Below are positions 28,962-39,409 of a DNA stretch of 64,000 bases, in pieces. The notes under the pieces were generated by a model. That model did no database searches. It was not told the origin of the DNA and saw only the letters and a list, made by a program, of their open reading frames with translations. Source of the stretch: Candidatus Latescibacterota bacterium (GTDB lineage: Bacteria > Latescibacterota > UBA2968 > UBA8231); assembly GCA_965197905.1 (NCBI GenBank), contig CBDAOB010000005.1:1184001-1248000 (forward strand), written 5' to 3'. The translations under genes were made by a program, and so were the position numbers. Position 1 is the first letter of the stretch. Every line of letters begins with the position of its first letter.

Positions 28962-30269
28962 ATGGTCCAGCTGGTAATTGAGGGGCCAACTGCGCTCCAC
29001 GGCGAGATAGCGGTGTCCGGTGCCAAGAATTCCGTCAGTAAGCTGTTGACGGCATCGATGTTGAGCGCCGACACCTGCTCATTCGACAATGTGCCGAACA
29101 TCGGCGATACCTCTGTTACCCGCGAGATGGCGGAGTCTCTGGGTGCCCGTATCGAAGCTGCCTCGGGCCACTTGGAGATAACCACCCCGGCTATGAGCAA
29201 CGCCGAGGTGCCCGAGGGTCTCGCCAAACGAAATCGGCTTTCGGTCATGATGCTGGCGCCGTTGCTGCACCGCTGCGGAAGGGCGGTCGTGCCCGCGGCA
29301 GGAGGCGACAAGATCGGTGCCCGCCCGGTTGACTTCCACCTGGACGCCTATCGCAAGATGGGAGCTCGGATCGACGACAACGGCCAGGTTTACGTGGCCG
29401 CTGCGGACGAACTAACGGGTGCCGATCTGACCCTGCCCTACCCGAGTGTTACCGCTACCGAGAACATCCTGATGGCCGCCACCCTCGCCCGCGGCACCAC
29501 CTACATTCGCAATGCCGCAATCGAACCGGAGGTGCTTGACCTGGCCATGTTTTTGCAGAAGATGGGGGCCATCATCGATTACACCGTCGATCGCACCTTC
29601 GCCATCGAGGGCGTTTCTCGGCTGACCGGAGCGACCCATCACATCATGCCCGATCGCCTGGTGAGCGCTTCTCTGGGTACAGCAGCGGTCGCCTCCGGCG
29701 GAGACGTCTTTGTTCGTGGGGCGAGGCAGGAGGACCTGCTGACCTTTCTGAACACCCTGCGGCGTGTAGGTGGTCAATACGAGGTGGACAGTCAAGGCAT
29801 CCGTTTCTATCGCAGCGGAGCGTTGCGTTCCATCGCGCTGGAAACGACGGTGCATCCGGGGTTCATGACCGATTGGCAGCCCGCGTTCGCCATACTGCTG
29901 ACGCAGGCGTCGGGCATGTCGGTCATTCACGAGACGGTGTTCGAGGATCGCTTCGTTTACGTGACCGACCTTAGCAAGATGGGCGCCGACATGGAGCTGT
30001 ACGAGACCTGTCTTGGCAACAGCTACTGTCGCTTCAATACGCGAGGAAACAAACACAGCGCCGTCATCAAAGGGCCCACACGCCTCAAGGCGGGCGAGAT
30101 CGAGATTCCAGACGTGCGCGCCGGCTTTTCCCACCTCATTGCAGCCATCATCGCCGAGGGACGATCGACCGTACGAGGGATCGAGGAGCTAGACCGTGGC
30201 TACGAGCAGATAGATGTGGGTCTCGAGCGGTTGGGTGCACGAATCCGGCGCGAATGCAAACAGGAGTGA
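28962..30269 (+). CDS. murA: UDP-N-acetylglucosamine 1-carboxyvinyltransferase
   Basis: SGAKNS, GGDKIGARPVDFH, SVTATEN, NAAIEPEV, PGFMTDWQ, LDRGYE. Confidence 0.95.
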   Translation: MVQLVIEGPTALHGEIAVSGAKNSVSKLLTASMLSADTCSFDNVPNIGDTSVTREMAESLGARIEAASGHLEITTPAMSNAEVPEGLAKRNRLSVMMLAPLLHRCGRAVVPAAGGDKIGARPVDFHLDAYRKMGARIDDNGQVYVAAADELTGADLTLPYPSVTATENILMAATLARGTTYIRNAAIEPEVLDLAMFLQKMGAIIDYTVDRTFAIEGVSRLTGATHHIMPDRLVSASLGTAAVASGGDVFVRGARQEDLLTFLNTLRRVGGQYEVDSQGIRFYRSGALRSIALETTVHPGFMTDWQPAFAILLTQASGMSVIHETVFEDRFVYVTDLSKMGADMELYETCLGNSYCRFNTRGNKHSAVIKGPTRLKAGEIEIPDVRAGFSHLIAAIIAEGRSTVRGIEELDRGYEQIDVGLERLGARIRRECKQE

Positions 30270-30327
30270 TCGCCGGGCACGACAAAGCGTGGTCGCCACG
30301 AGCCCTAGTCCTCACTCCTGCGAGCGG

Positions 30328-30976
30328 TTATTGTCGGAGCGGATTTTTCGGAAAGTAAGTCACCCGCGGCGGATCCGTAGTCGTGCTCACCCGTTGATCG
30401 ATCATGCTGCGCAGGCTCTCTTTAGCATCACCAAGGAGCGCCTCCCCGTGGCCGGGGAGCAAGTTTCTAAAATCGACATCGAGCAGGTGATCCAGCGTTT
30501 CCCACGGCTGGGGATGTCCCGTGGGATGTCCACCCAGGGCGAGGTCATCTGGAGCCCATTTCGCCGTTGTGCCGAGTGCATCGCCCACCACCAGGGTGCC
30601 TCCATGACAGGGCGCCAACAGTACCTGCTCTCCTCGAGTCAGCCCCGGCACACCGATAGCTCTCAAGCCCAAAGGTAGCTCCGCTCCATCGCCGAAGGTC
30701 TGGAACGACTCCAGGGTTCTATCATGCAGGTGTCTTCAGCGGGCACCAAGACTGAGCGCCGGTCCGCTTTGCGAAGAGATGCGCCTGGCGTTCGTGCCAG
30801 CCCACGGTAAGCACGATGGCAACGACGTCGTCGGCTGCGGTGATGTCATCCAAGCCAAACGCCTCCATCCGATCTATAAGTACGCTGCCACCTGGAAAAC
30901 GCAGCCAGTAGGACTCGAGGGACCATTGGGGCTAGACGACGCTCCAGGTGAATATTCCAGGCAGGACCTCATGCAT
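30328..30976 (-). pseudogene. Disrupted metallo-beta-lactamase-fold gene
   Basis: AGGAGG RBS, then MHEVLPGIFTWSVV* (TAG 30932-30934), VLID, GWHER, two frameshifts near 30755 and 30715, then VVGDAL and LLPGHG. Confidence 0.75.
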
Positions 30977-30988
30977 GATGCTAGCCTC

Positions 30989-31459
30989 CTAAGCGGAAAA
31001 ATCACCTATCTGGGGCTTGGCGACTTGCAGATAATCTGCCACAGCCATAATGACGGAGTCGGTAAGAGAACCGGCGTTGAAGGCAATGGTGTGGTTGTCG
31101 ACGACAGACCGGTCCACGTGAAGCTCGAACGGGGTTATGGGAGGGCCGAACGGTGGCACGGATCCGGGAACAAGATCAGCAAGCTCGAACAGCTCTTCCC
31201 TGGTGGCAAAGCGGAGTTTCTTAGCCTGAAATCGCTTCTTGATCGATACCGAGTCTACCTTCAGTGCCGCGCTCACAATGAAAAGCTTGAATTCGGTGCC
31301 AACCTTCATGACGATCGCCTTGCCGCCGATCTCGAGGTTTTCTCCCCGCGCCGCCGCCGCTGCTTCGGAGGTGTCAGTTGGTTCGTGATGAACCTCGCGG
31401 TATGACACAGACCGCTCGTCCAAGAGCAGCCGTATCGCCGTGAGAGTGTCAGCGCTCAA
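30989..31459 (-). CDS. YbaK/ProX family aminoacyl-tRNA deacylase
   Basis: HHEPT.TSE.AAAARG, GKAIVMK, RFATREEL, PGSVPPFG, AFNAG. Confidence 0.88.
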   Translation of the reverse strand: MSADTLTAIRLLLDERSVSYREVHHEPTDTSEAAAAARGENLEIGGKAIVMKVGTEFKLFIVSAALKVDSVSIKKRFQAKKLRFATREELFELADLVPGSVPPFGPPITPFELHVDRSVVDNHTIAFNAGSLTDSVIMAVADYLQVAKPQIGDFSA

Positions 31460-32347
31460 CGGGAAACAGGCTCGATTCCAACTCGGGCAACGGCATCGAG
31501 CACTGCCGAGCGCTGTTCCTCGGCGAGGGGGAGTCGTGGAGGCCTCGGGTTGCCGCAATCAACACCCAAACGCCAGCTCAACACTGCCTTCTCCACTCGG
31601 GGATTGCCATATTTCCGCACCAGGTCGACGATTTCCGAAGCGTGCTCCTGAGCCTTGGCAGCCCTGTCAGAGTCCTTGTCCCGCACGGCATTCCCAAACC
31701 TCGAGCCAGAGCTCCGGGGCCATGCATAACGGACCGTCGATACAACCAACCGCACCTAGTGCCATTGCCGGCACCATCATCTGTCCGCTCCCCATAAAAC
31801 AGATGAATCCCGCTCTGGCGAATTCTCTGAGGTGGTAGAGATTGTGCGACGAGTGTTTTAACCCGATCAGCTCGGGGACCCTGTCACGAGCCTTCGAAAC
31901 GAATTCAGGAGTCACTGTGAAACCGGTGCACTCCGGCAGGTTGTAGGCAAAAAACGGGAGGGAAGCGGCACCCGCCACCAGGCGGAAATGCTCGATCGCC
32001 TCGTCCTCGCTGGGTGGATAGAAGAATGGTGGCACGCAGCAGATGGCGTCGACACCAAGTCTCGCCGCAACGGTCGCCATCTTTACGGCGCGCGCAGTCG
32101 TGGGCGCCCCTACGTGCATAATGACCTTGGATCGTCCCTTCACCTGACCCACCGCAACTTCCGCGATGCGGCCATTCTCTTCGTCGCTCAGCAGGACGCT
32201 CTCGCCGGTGCCTCCCGCCATCCACATTCCGTGAACACCGGACTTCACGTTGAATTCGATGACGCGGCGGAGCGCTTCCTCGTCCAGATCGCCTCCACGA
32301 TCCATCGGCGTGATCAGCGCCGGTACGACTCCCTCGAATTCACTCAT
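31456..32347 (-). CDS. DHDPS/NAL-family aldolase with one frameshift near 31692
   Basis: GVVPALITP, GGTGES, YNLP, GLKHS; the C-terminus (KAVL...G.PRPPRLPL) continues in ORF 31456-31755. Confidence 0.82.
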
Positions 32348-32380
32348 TAGCCTCCTCAATCTTGACGATACCCGATCTCA

Positions 32381-33931
32381 TCAAGCTTTCCCTCGACCAA
32401 TGGTGCGGCCCGGCAGATTGCCGGTAATCTCGCCCTCCCGCTTTACCCATCTACCGTTGACCATGACATCGTCGACCCCCACGGCCGGCAGCTTGGGTTC
32501 GGTCCAGGTGGCGCGCGCTTCCACGGTGTCAGGGTCGAAGACGACGATGTCTGCCGCCGCTTTCTCGGCGAGTCTGCCGCGGTCGGTCAGTCCGAAACGT
32601 TCCGCCGGGAAGCCACTCATCTTGTAGATCGCATCTTCCAGTGATACCGCGCGCCGCTCGCGCACGAACTGGCCGAGCAATTGGGCAAAACATCCAAAAC
32701 CACGAGGATGCGGATGAGGCACATCGTAGATGCCGTCGCTGGCAAGCATCATCCGGGGGTGAGCCACGGTCTGGGCGGTTGTGGCCCTGTTTTCATCATC
32801 GGGGGTTTGCCAGGGGAAGATAAACGTCCCGACACCCTCCAGTATGAGATCGAAAAGAAGGTCTTCGCACGAACGACCGCAGCTGTCGGCTGCCTCGCCG
32901 AGTGTCGATCCTGCGAAACGACCTGAAGCTGTGTAGCCGATTATCTGAGATCCCTTTCTGACTCCGAGCTTCTCGCTCAAGTGGGGTGTGCATTCAATGC
33001 GTGCCTTGGGATCCTGCAACCGTTTTAGCACTTCCTCCGGACTACCAGCCTGATACGACATCGGCAAGAGCATGACCCCATGGGTCATGCCGGCCGGATA
33101 GAGGTAGGATTCGAAGGTTAGATCAATGCCCTCGCGTTCGACCCGCTCGAGTTTCTCCAGGCTCTCTTCGTCGACCCGTTCGTGAGACACATGGACCGGT
33201 ATGCCGGAGGCCTGCGAGAGCTCGATGATCTCGTCCCAGGCACCAGTGCGCCCGTAATCCTGATAGCGCAGATGGGCGGCGTACACGCCTCCGTAGGATG
33301 CAGCGATCTTGCAAAGTTCCACGAGCTCTTCGAAGGTCGCGTTGGCACTGGGTTGGTAGTCCAGTCCGAGATTGAGAGCGGTTGCTCCAGCTTCCATCCA
33401 CGACCGCGTGCTGATGCGCATCGTTTCCAGTTCCGCTTCGTCGGCGGCTCGCGGTTCCCATCCCATCGCCGCGAGGCGCACGGCGCAGTGGGGAACTTGA
33501 GGGGCGACGTTCGCGGGGGAAGTCCCATTGAAAAGGTCCAAGTATTCTTGAGGCGAGGAACATGGGGGTGGGGGAGGTTGATCGCCGTAGGCGAAGTTGG
33601 TGTAGTACCACATTTCGCCGGCCAGCTTTTCTGGCAAAGGGCCCCAACCAAATCCGTCGGGAGCCAGCAGATGGGTGGTAATGCCTTGATGAGTCCCGGT
33701 GAACTGGTCGCGACCTCCGACCAGGGTCCGCTCAGAGTGGACATGCACATCGATGAATCCGGGGCAGACGATCCGCTTCTCGGCGTCAATTACGGTGTCG
33801 CTTTGTGCGTCCGCCAGGTCTCCGATGGCGGCGATTCGCTCTCCTTTGACGCCAATATCGGCCGTCTTGCTCTTGCATGTCTTCGATCCATCTACAACGG
33901 TTCCGCCTTTGATGATGCTGTCAAAATTCAT
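32381..33931 (-). CDS. N-acyl-D-amino-acid deacylase-like amidohydrolase
   Basis: PGFIDVHVHS, YAAHLR, HVSH, ASDG, HPRGFG, ADIVVFDP. Confidence 0.88.
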   Translation of the reverse strand: MNFDSIIKGGTVVDGSKTCKSKTADIGVKGERIAAIGDLADAQSDTVIDAEKRIVCPGFIDVHVHSERTLVGGRDQFTGTHQGITTHLLAPDGFGWGPLPEKLAGEMWYYTNFAYGDQPPPPPCSSPQEYLDLFNGTSPANVAPQVPHCAVRLAAMGWEPRAADEAELETMRISTRSWMEAGATALNLGLDYQPSANATFEELVELCKIAASYGGVYAAHLRYQDYGRTGAWDEIIELSQASGIPVHVSHERVDEESLEKLERVEREGIDLTFESYLYPAGMTHGVMLLPMSYQAGSPEEVLKRLQDPKARIECTPHLSEKLGVRKGSQIIGYTASGRFAGSTLGEAADSCGRSCEDLLFDLILEGVGTFIFPWQTPDDENRATTAQTVAHPRMMLASDGIYDVPHPHPRGFGCFAQLLGQFVRERRAVSLEDAIYKMSGFPAERFGLTDRGRLAEKAAADIVVFDPDTVEARATWTEPKLPAVGVDDVMVNGRWVKREGEITGNLPGRTIGRGKA

Positions 33932-34019
33932 AATCCGTCCTATCGGGCCCTGAACAGGTGTCTACGTGGATCTGGTGCTACGTCTCGTTCGCAATCTCGG
34001 GTAATCGGTACGCAGGCGG

Positions 34020-34817
34020 TTAATCAAACGCCTGTCGTTGCCGCAAGTCGTCGCCCAAAGGCACGGGGCGAAACTGGTGTTCTATGGTGCGGTCCAGCAC
34101 GGGGTCGTGCAGCCGCACGAGAAACGAGTCACCTACGCCCATGGCGGTTTCTGCCGGAAGGCCGAGCTGCGCCACTTCAGTTTCGACGGACTCCCGAAAC
34201 GAGCTGCAGCCGCAATAGAGAACCATCGGATCTTGAAGTTCCCCGATCTCCTGCATGGACAGGAGAAAGTCGAGGGGCACCAGTTCGGAGACCTCGCTGT
34301 CCTGGAGCGCGACCTGGTGTTGACCGAAAACGACATGACTGTAAACCCGCAACTCATCCCAATGGTCGCGAACCTCTTCATACGGCCAGGCGTCGCGCGC
34401 CACCGGGTGAGGGCACATCTGCTTCGGTTTGTCGGGAAAAAGGGGATCCAGCTCCCGATCACACTGATCGCTGCCAACTGTGATGTAGATCTCGCTGCCG
34501 TCGCGCACGGCGACGACCTCGGTTTCTCCGCCGGTCATCGACCCCTGGACTTCGAACTCCGGCTCCTGGGTCAGGAGATAACGTCCCAAGCGGAAAACAG
34601 ACGGGTTAGAGGTCGTGGCCATGGTGAGTCGGCCGTCTCGTTTCAGTTGTTCATCCAGCTCGGCGCGAGTCGCCTCCACATCGCGCGCGCAGAAACGCGC
34701 TCCCGCTACTGAGCCGAGTTCAAGAGAGCGTCGGATCGCTCCATTTCGAGTGTGTATATTCAAGACTATGGATGGTACAAACATGAGCTGCTCCCAACTA
34801 GTTGGATGATGCGTCAC
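34020..34817 (-). CDS. DUF2848-like (FAH-fold) protein
   Basis: TGGETE, TVGSDQCDREL, KQMCPHPVA, WPYEEVRDHWDEL, LHDPVLDRTIEH. Confidence 0.7.
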   Translation of the reverse strand: MTHHPTSWEQLMFVPSIVLNIHTRNGAIRRSLELGSVAGARFCARDVEATRAELDEQLKRDGRLTMATTSNPSVFRLGRYLLTQEPEFEVQGSMTGGETEVVAVRDGSEIYITVGSDQCDRELDPLFPDKPKQMCPHPVARDAWPYEEVRDHWDELRVYSHVVFGQHQVALQDSEVSELVPLDFLLSMQEIGELQDPMVLYCGCSSFRESVETEVAQLGLPAETAMGVGDSFLVRLHDPVLDRTIEHQFRPVPLGDDLRQRQAFD

Positions 34818-37536
34818 TCGCAGACTCGAGGCGTACCGGACAGACCTTCAACTCCGCGGTGTAGGTAATCGGATCGTAGCCCGAACCGGTAAGCACATTG
34901 ACCGGCACGTCGCTAAAACTGAAACTGGCGAAGACCGTCCCTCGCGGGGATCGACTCGTCGCTTTCACCTTGATCGAAATTGAACCGCGGCGGCTCGTCA
35001 TACTGCACCAACCGCCATCCTCCAACCCGAGCGAGACGACATCTTTCGGATGCACCTCCAGCGTTTCTTCAGCAAGGAGATAGTCGATGCCCTGAGAGCG
35101 ACCGGTCTGGGTGCGCGTGTGATAGGATTGGAGGCGTCTACCGGTGGTGAGCCAGATCGGAAACTCGTCGTCGATGGACTCGGCCGGGTCGCGATACCCG
35201 ATCACCTTGAAGATACCTCTTCCGTTCTTGAACTCGTTCTCATGCAAAATGGGGGTGCCAGGATGGCCCTTGTGCGGTACCGGCCACTGATACTCACCGT
35301 TCTCTATCAGATTCCAATCGAGGCCGGCGTAGATCGGAGAAACACTGCAAAGCTCCTCGAACACCTCCCTGGGCGACTCGAAATCGAATCCTGAGAATCC
35401 CAGTCGACGGGCAATGGCCGCCACGATCCACCAGTCAGGTTTGGCTTCACCGGCAGGTTCCACGGCGCCCCTTAAGCGCTGGATGCGGCGTTCGGTATTC
35501 GTGCATGAGCCTTCGGTCTCACCCCACGCGGTGGCGGGGAACACGACATCTGCGAGCTCCGCCGTCTCCGTCATGAAGATGTCGATTACGACCAGATGCT
35601 CGAGGCTGCCTAGCGCATGCTCGCAGTGGCTCCGATCGGGGTCGGAGACCAGTGTGTTTTCGCCGTCTATCAGCATTGCATGGATCGTCTCCCCGCACTG
35701 CTCGAGCGCCTGGACCTTGGTGATGCCGTTCTCGCACTCGATCTCCTTCCCGTACAAGGATTTGAACTTCTTCTGGCTTTCCTGCAGGGTAACCGCCTGA
35801 AAACCGGGAAAGTTGGCCGGTACTGCGCCGCAGTCGCCAGCCCCCTGGATATTGTTCTGTCCACGCATCGGATTGATGCCCGCCCCCTCGATGCCGATGT
35901 TTCCCGTCATCAAAGCCAGATTGCAAAGGCTCTGCACGTTGTCCACGCCACAGATATGTTCGGTTATCCCCAGGGTGTAATAGATGGCACCTCTGTCGGC
36001 TGCGCCGTACCAAAGTGCCGCTGTTTCGATGTCGGCTGCTGGCACTCCAGTAATGGTCGAAGCCCATTCCGGTGAAAATGCCTTCACATGTTCGAGGAAC
36101 TGCTCCGCCCCGGCGGTGCGGCTCTCGATAAACCCTTCATCGGAAAGGCCTTCGCGCTGGATCACGTGAGCCATGCCCAAGAGCAGAGCAACGTCCGAAC
36201 CCACGCGTATAGGCAGATAGAGATCCGCCAGCTCCGCCAGGTGAATTCTTCTGGGATCGGCGACGACCATGCGGGCACCTTGTCTGAGCGCTTTTTTCAA
36301 GCGCGTCGCGGCTACCGGATGGCACTCGGTCATGTTTGTTCCGATGCAGAAAATCAGATCCGGTTTTTCCATGTCCACCAGCGGATTTGACATGGCCCCG
36401 CGCCCGATCGTGGCTGCCAGACCGGCAACCGTTGGGGCGTGTCAGGCACGGCTGCAGTTGTCAATCTGATGGGTGCCGAATCCGGCACGGATGAACTTTT
36501 GCATCACATAGGCCGCTTCGTTCGGAGCACGGCCGGATGCCACTCCGTATATGCCGTGGCGACCGTGTTTCTGAAAAGCCTGACGAAATCCCTCCGCCGC
36601 CTTGTCGAGGGCATCGTCCCAGCTTGCCGGCTTTAACGAACCGTCGGAATCGCGTAGGTAGGGTGTCGTGAGGCGATCCGGATGTTGCACGAAGTCGAAT
36701 GCGTACTGCCCCTTAACGCAGAGTGCGCCCTCGTTGGCGGGACCGTCCATGGCTGGATGAATACCGACGATTCGCTCCTCATCGGTCAGTATGTCCATTG
36801 AACATCCGACGCCGCAATACGGGCACACAGTCCGGGTCTTCTCCGGTTTCTGGACCGATGACGCCCGCATCGCTTTGCGGTCCCCCAAGGCACCTGTCGG
36901 ACAGGTCTGAACACATTGTCCGCAGAAGGTGCAGGCGGAGTCCTTGAGCTTGCCGTTGAACTCGGTGGAGATCTGGGTGTGGAATCCTCGGTTCATGATG
37001 TTGATGGCGTGGTCGCCCTCCTGTTCGGCGCAGACTCGCACGCAGCGGTAACAGGAGATACATTGATCGTAGTCGCGCAGGATGAACGGATTGTCATCCT
37101 CCTTGTTCGACGTGCCCGATTTCTCGCCCGCAAAGCGTCCACTTGCGGCGGAGTAGCGTTCGACCAGCACGGACAGCTCTTGCGAGGCGTATCCCCGTAG
37201 CGGTTCCACCTCCACGCGCGGATTCTCCGATGCCACCATCTCCAGCAATACTCGTCGGTGTTTTTCGACATCCGTGGAGGCGGTTTGCACGACCATGCCC
37301 GGTTCCGCCTGCGCAGTGCAGGAGGCAACCGGATTGCGGATCCCTTCGATTTCGACTACGCACAGTCGACAACTGCCGAACGGTTCAAGTCGGGGATCGT
37401 AGCAGAGGGTGGGAATCTGGCGGGCATGACGAGAAGCGACCTCGTAGATGGTTTCACCCGGCTCGAAGGTCACTTCTTTGCCGTCCAGCACCATGATATA
37501 CGTGGCGACGGTCGGTTCGGCGGTGACACTGCTCAT
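34798..37536 (-). CDS. fdhF: Selenocysteine-containing formate dehydrogenase alpha subunit (Mo/W-bisPGD, N-terminal Fe-S module), about 912 aa
   Basis: Two track ORFs join in frame through TGA 36444-36442 to give DNCSRA-U-HAPTVAGL; CPYCGVGC, LCVKG, RGQNNIQGA, LTTGRR. Confidence 0.93.
36412..36430 (-). promoter_or_regulatory. Bacterial SECIS hairpin
   Basis: GGUUGCC-GGUCU-GGCAGCC starting 11 nt after the UGA; closely resembles the E. coli fdhF SECIS. Confidence 0.88.
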
Positions 37537-37559
37537 GGAACGTGGCCTTTCTTCAGCGA

Positions 37560-39218
37560 TTATTTCAGATGATCCGCGACGCGTTCCGGAAAATACTTCA
37601 CCAGGCTTTCCGTTATGTTTGGCGCGGCCATGCCCAGGCCGCAGGCGCTGGTGGCCATCATGGTGCTCCCGATATCGCTCACTTCCTCCAACCATTCACG
37701 TTCGCTAACCGGACCGGCACTGCCATCCAGCCGTTCGGCAAGCCGTTTGGTGCCGATGCGACAAGGGAAGCATTTACCACACGATTCCTCGGCAAAGAAT
37801 TCCATCGCCTGCCTGGCGATCTCCACCATGTCGCGGCTGTCGTCGAAAACCATGATCCCCCCGGCTCCGAGAAACGAACCTTTGCTCTTGATGCTGGGCT
37901 CGTCGAGGGTAACCCGGAGATCGTCGCCGGCCAGGAACCCACCCGAAAGACCGGCCATGGTCACCGCTTGAATCGCGCGACCGGCTGGAGGACCGCCGGC
38001 CCAATCGTTTAGGAGGGTGTCGAGAGGCAGCCCCAAAGGCACCTCGTAGTTTCCAGGTCTATGGATATCTCCAGAGAGGCTCACCACCTTCGTGCCGGCA
38101 TGACCGTTGCGTCCAAGACTGCGATACCATTCGGCCCCATGTATGAAAATTGGCGGGACCGAAGCGAGGGTTTCGACGTTGTTGACCGCCGTCGGCAGGT
38201 TTTCGAACCCGTGGGTTACCGGGAAGGGAGGCCGGTTTCTAGGGAGGGGACGTTTGCTCTCCAGGCTGTTGAGCAGCGAGCCTTCCTCACCGCAGATGTA
38301 GGCGCCGGCGCCCCGCCTGAGGTTGACGTGGAAATCAAAGGTGCCCAGCGTTTGCTGTCCCAGGTAGCCGGCGCCCTCCGCTTCGAAAAGAGCCTTTTCC
38401 AAGACGGAGAAGGTTTCAGGATACTCGTAACGTAGATAGATGAAACCTCGTGTCGCCCCGGTTGCATACGCGGCGATCGCCATGCCTTCCAGGACCGCAT
38501 GGGGGTCGTAGTCCAGCAGGGCGCGATCCTTGAAGCAACCCGGTTCTCCCTCGTCGGCGTTGCAGACGATGGTTTTGGGAACTCCAGGTGCGGTGGCCAC
38601 AGCTTTCCATTTGACGCCCGTGGGAAATCCAGCGCCGCCCCGTCCAGCCAGTTTGCTCTCCGCAACCAATTCGAGTGTTTGGTCTGGGCTCATCTCACGC
38701 ACGGCACGCTCGAGTCCGCCGTAACCCCCCACCTGGCGGTAGCCTTCGAGGGAAGGTCGGTTCGGTTCGCGTATGCCGGCGAACACGCATTCTGCCGCGC
38801 CTCCGGGAGGCGGCGGCGGAAGCGGCGAGCTGCGTTCGGCAGCCGGCGTGCCGGGGGAGCCTGTCAGCACTCGATTTCCCAAGATGATCGGAATCGGATC
38901 GTCACAGCGTCCCGCACAGGGCATGGAGACGGCCCCTTTGGTTTGATGCAGCAGGGCGTCAGCGCCGTGCATTCTGCAGATCGGACCCGTGCAGACCCGA
39001 GCTTGGGCGTGGGCGCCTTCCTCGCGACCCAGATGGTGGTAAAAGGTCAGGGTTCCGAAGACTTCAGCGACCGGCAGGTTCAAAGCGCCCGCAATAGATT
39101 GTACTGCCGCGGCCGAGACGAAACTGTCTCGCTCACAAAAGGCGTGGAAGAGGGGAAGCAACGGAGCCGGCTCGTTGCGCCAACGCTGCAGAATCTGCTC
39201 GTCTGTGGTTGTGGTCAT
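37560..39218 (-). CDS. Fused NuoE/NuoF-like NAD(P)H-binding flavin subunit of formate dehydrogenase
   Basis: VCTGPIC...CAGRC (2Fe-2S); GRGGAGFPTG, CNADEGEPG, GAGAYICGEE, ESCGKCFPCR, CGLG. Confidence 0.92.
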   Translation of the reverse strand: MTTTTDEQILQRWRNEPAPLLPLFHAFCERDSFVSAAAVQSIAGALNLPVAEVFGTLTFYHHLGREEGAHAQARVCTGPICRMHGADALLHQTKGAVSMPCAGRCDDPIPIILGNRVLTGSPGTPAAERSSPLPPPPPGGAAECVFAGIREPNRPSLEGYRQVGGYGGLERAVREMSPDQTLELVAESKLAGRGGAGFPTGVKWKAVATAPGVPKTIVCNADEGEPGCFKDRALLDYDPHAVLEGMAIAAYATGATRGFIYLRYEYPETFSVLEKALFEAEGAGYLGQQTLGTFDFHVNLRRGAGAYICGEEGSLLNSLESKRPLPRNRPPFPVTHGFENLPTAVNNVETLASVPPIFIHGAEWYRSLGRNGHAGTKVVSLSGDIHRPGNYEVPLGLPLDTLLNDWAGGPPAGRAIQAVTMAGLSGGFLAGDDLRVTLDEPSIKSKGSFLGAGGIMVFDDSRDMVEIARQAMEFFAEESCGKCFPCRIGTKRLAERLDGSAGPVSEREWLEEVSDIGSTMMATSACGLGMAAPNITESLVKYFPERVADHLK

Positions 39219-39315
39219 GAATTTCCCGCGACATTCAAAGTCATGTAACGTAATATATATATACAGGGGGGTAAACGAAGGGAGACGGAGAGCTGCGAGA
39301 TTCGATATTACGCAC

Positions 39316-39377
39316 AAAAAAAGCGCGCTTCCTCTTTCCGGATTGCCTTGGAGACAATCCAGTCCGAAGAAGCGCGC
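39316..39377 (-). terminator. Long hairpin followed by U7 (intrinsic terminator)
   Basis: Minus strand GCGCGCTTCTTC-GGA-CTGGATTGTCT-CCA-AGGCAATCCGG-AAA-GAGGAAGCGCGC-TTTTTTT. Confidence 0.8.
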
Positions 39378-39400
39378 AAGCGGGTACCACTCAGAGACAT
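39316..39400 (-). ncRNA. Candidate sigma54-dependent small RNA or leader, about 85 nt
   Basis: Bounded by a consensus sigma54 promoter and the terminator; no family recognised. Confidence 0.5.
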
Positions 39401-39409
39401 CTTTCGTTT

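Noticed and set aside
33182..34483. 433-aa plus-strand ORF
   Set aside because: Antisense shadow of the amidohydrolase and DUF2848-like genes with no recognisable motifs
36393..36444. fdhF as two genes or a pseudogene
   Set aside because: The in-frame UGA at the Sec position and the SECIS hairpin explain the break
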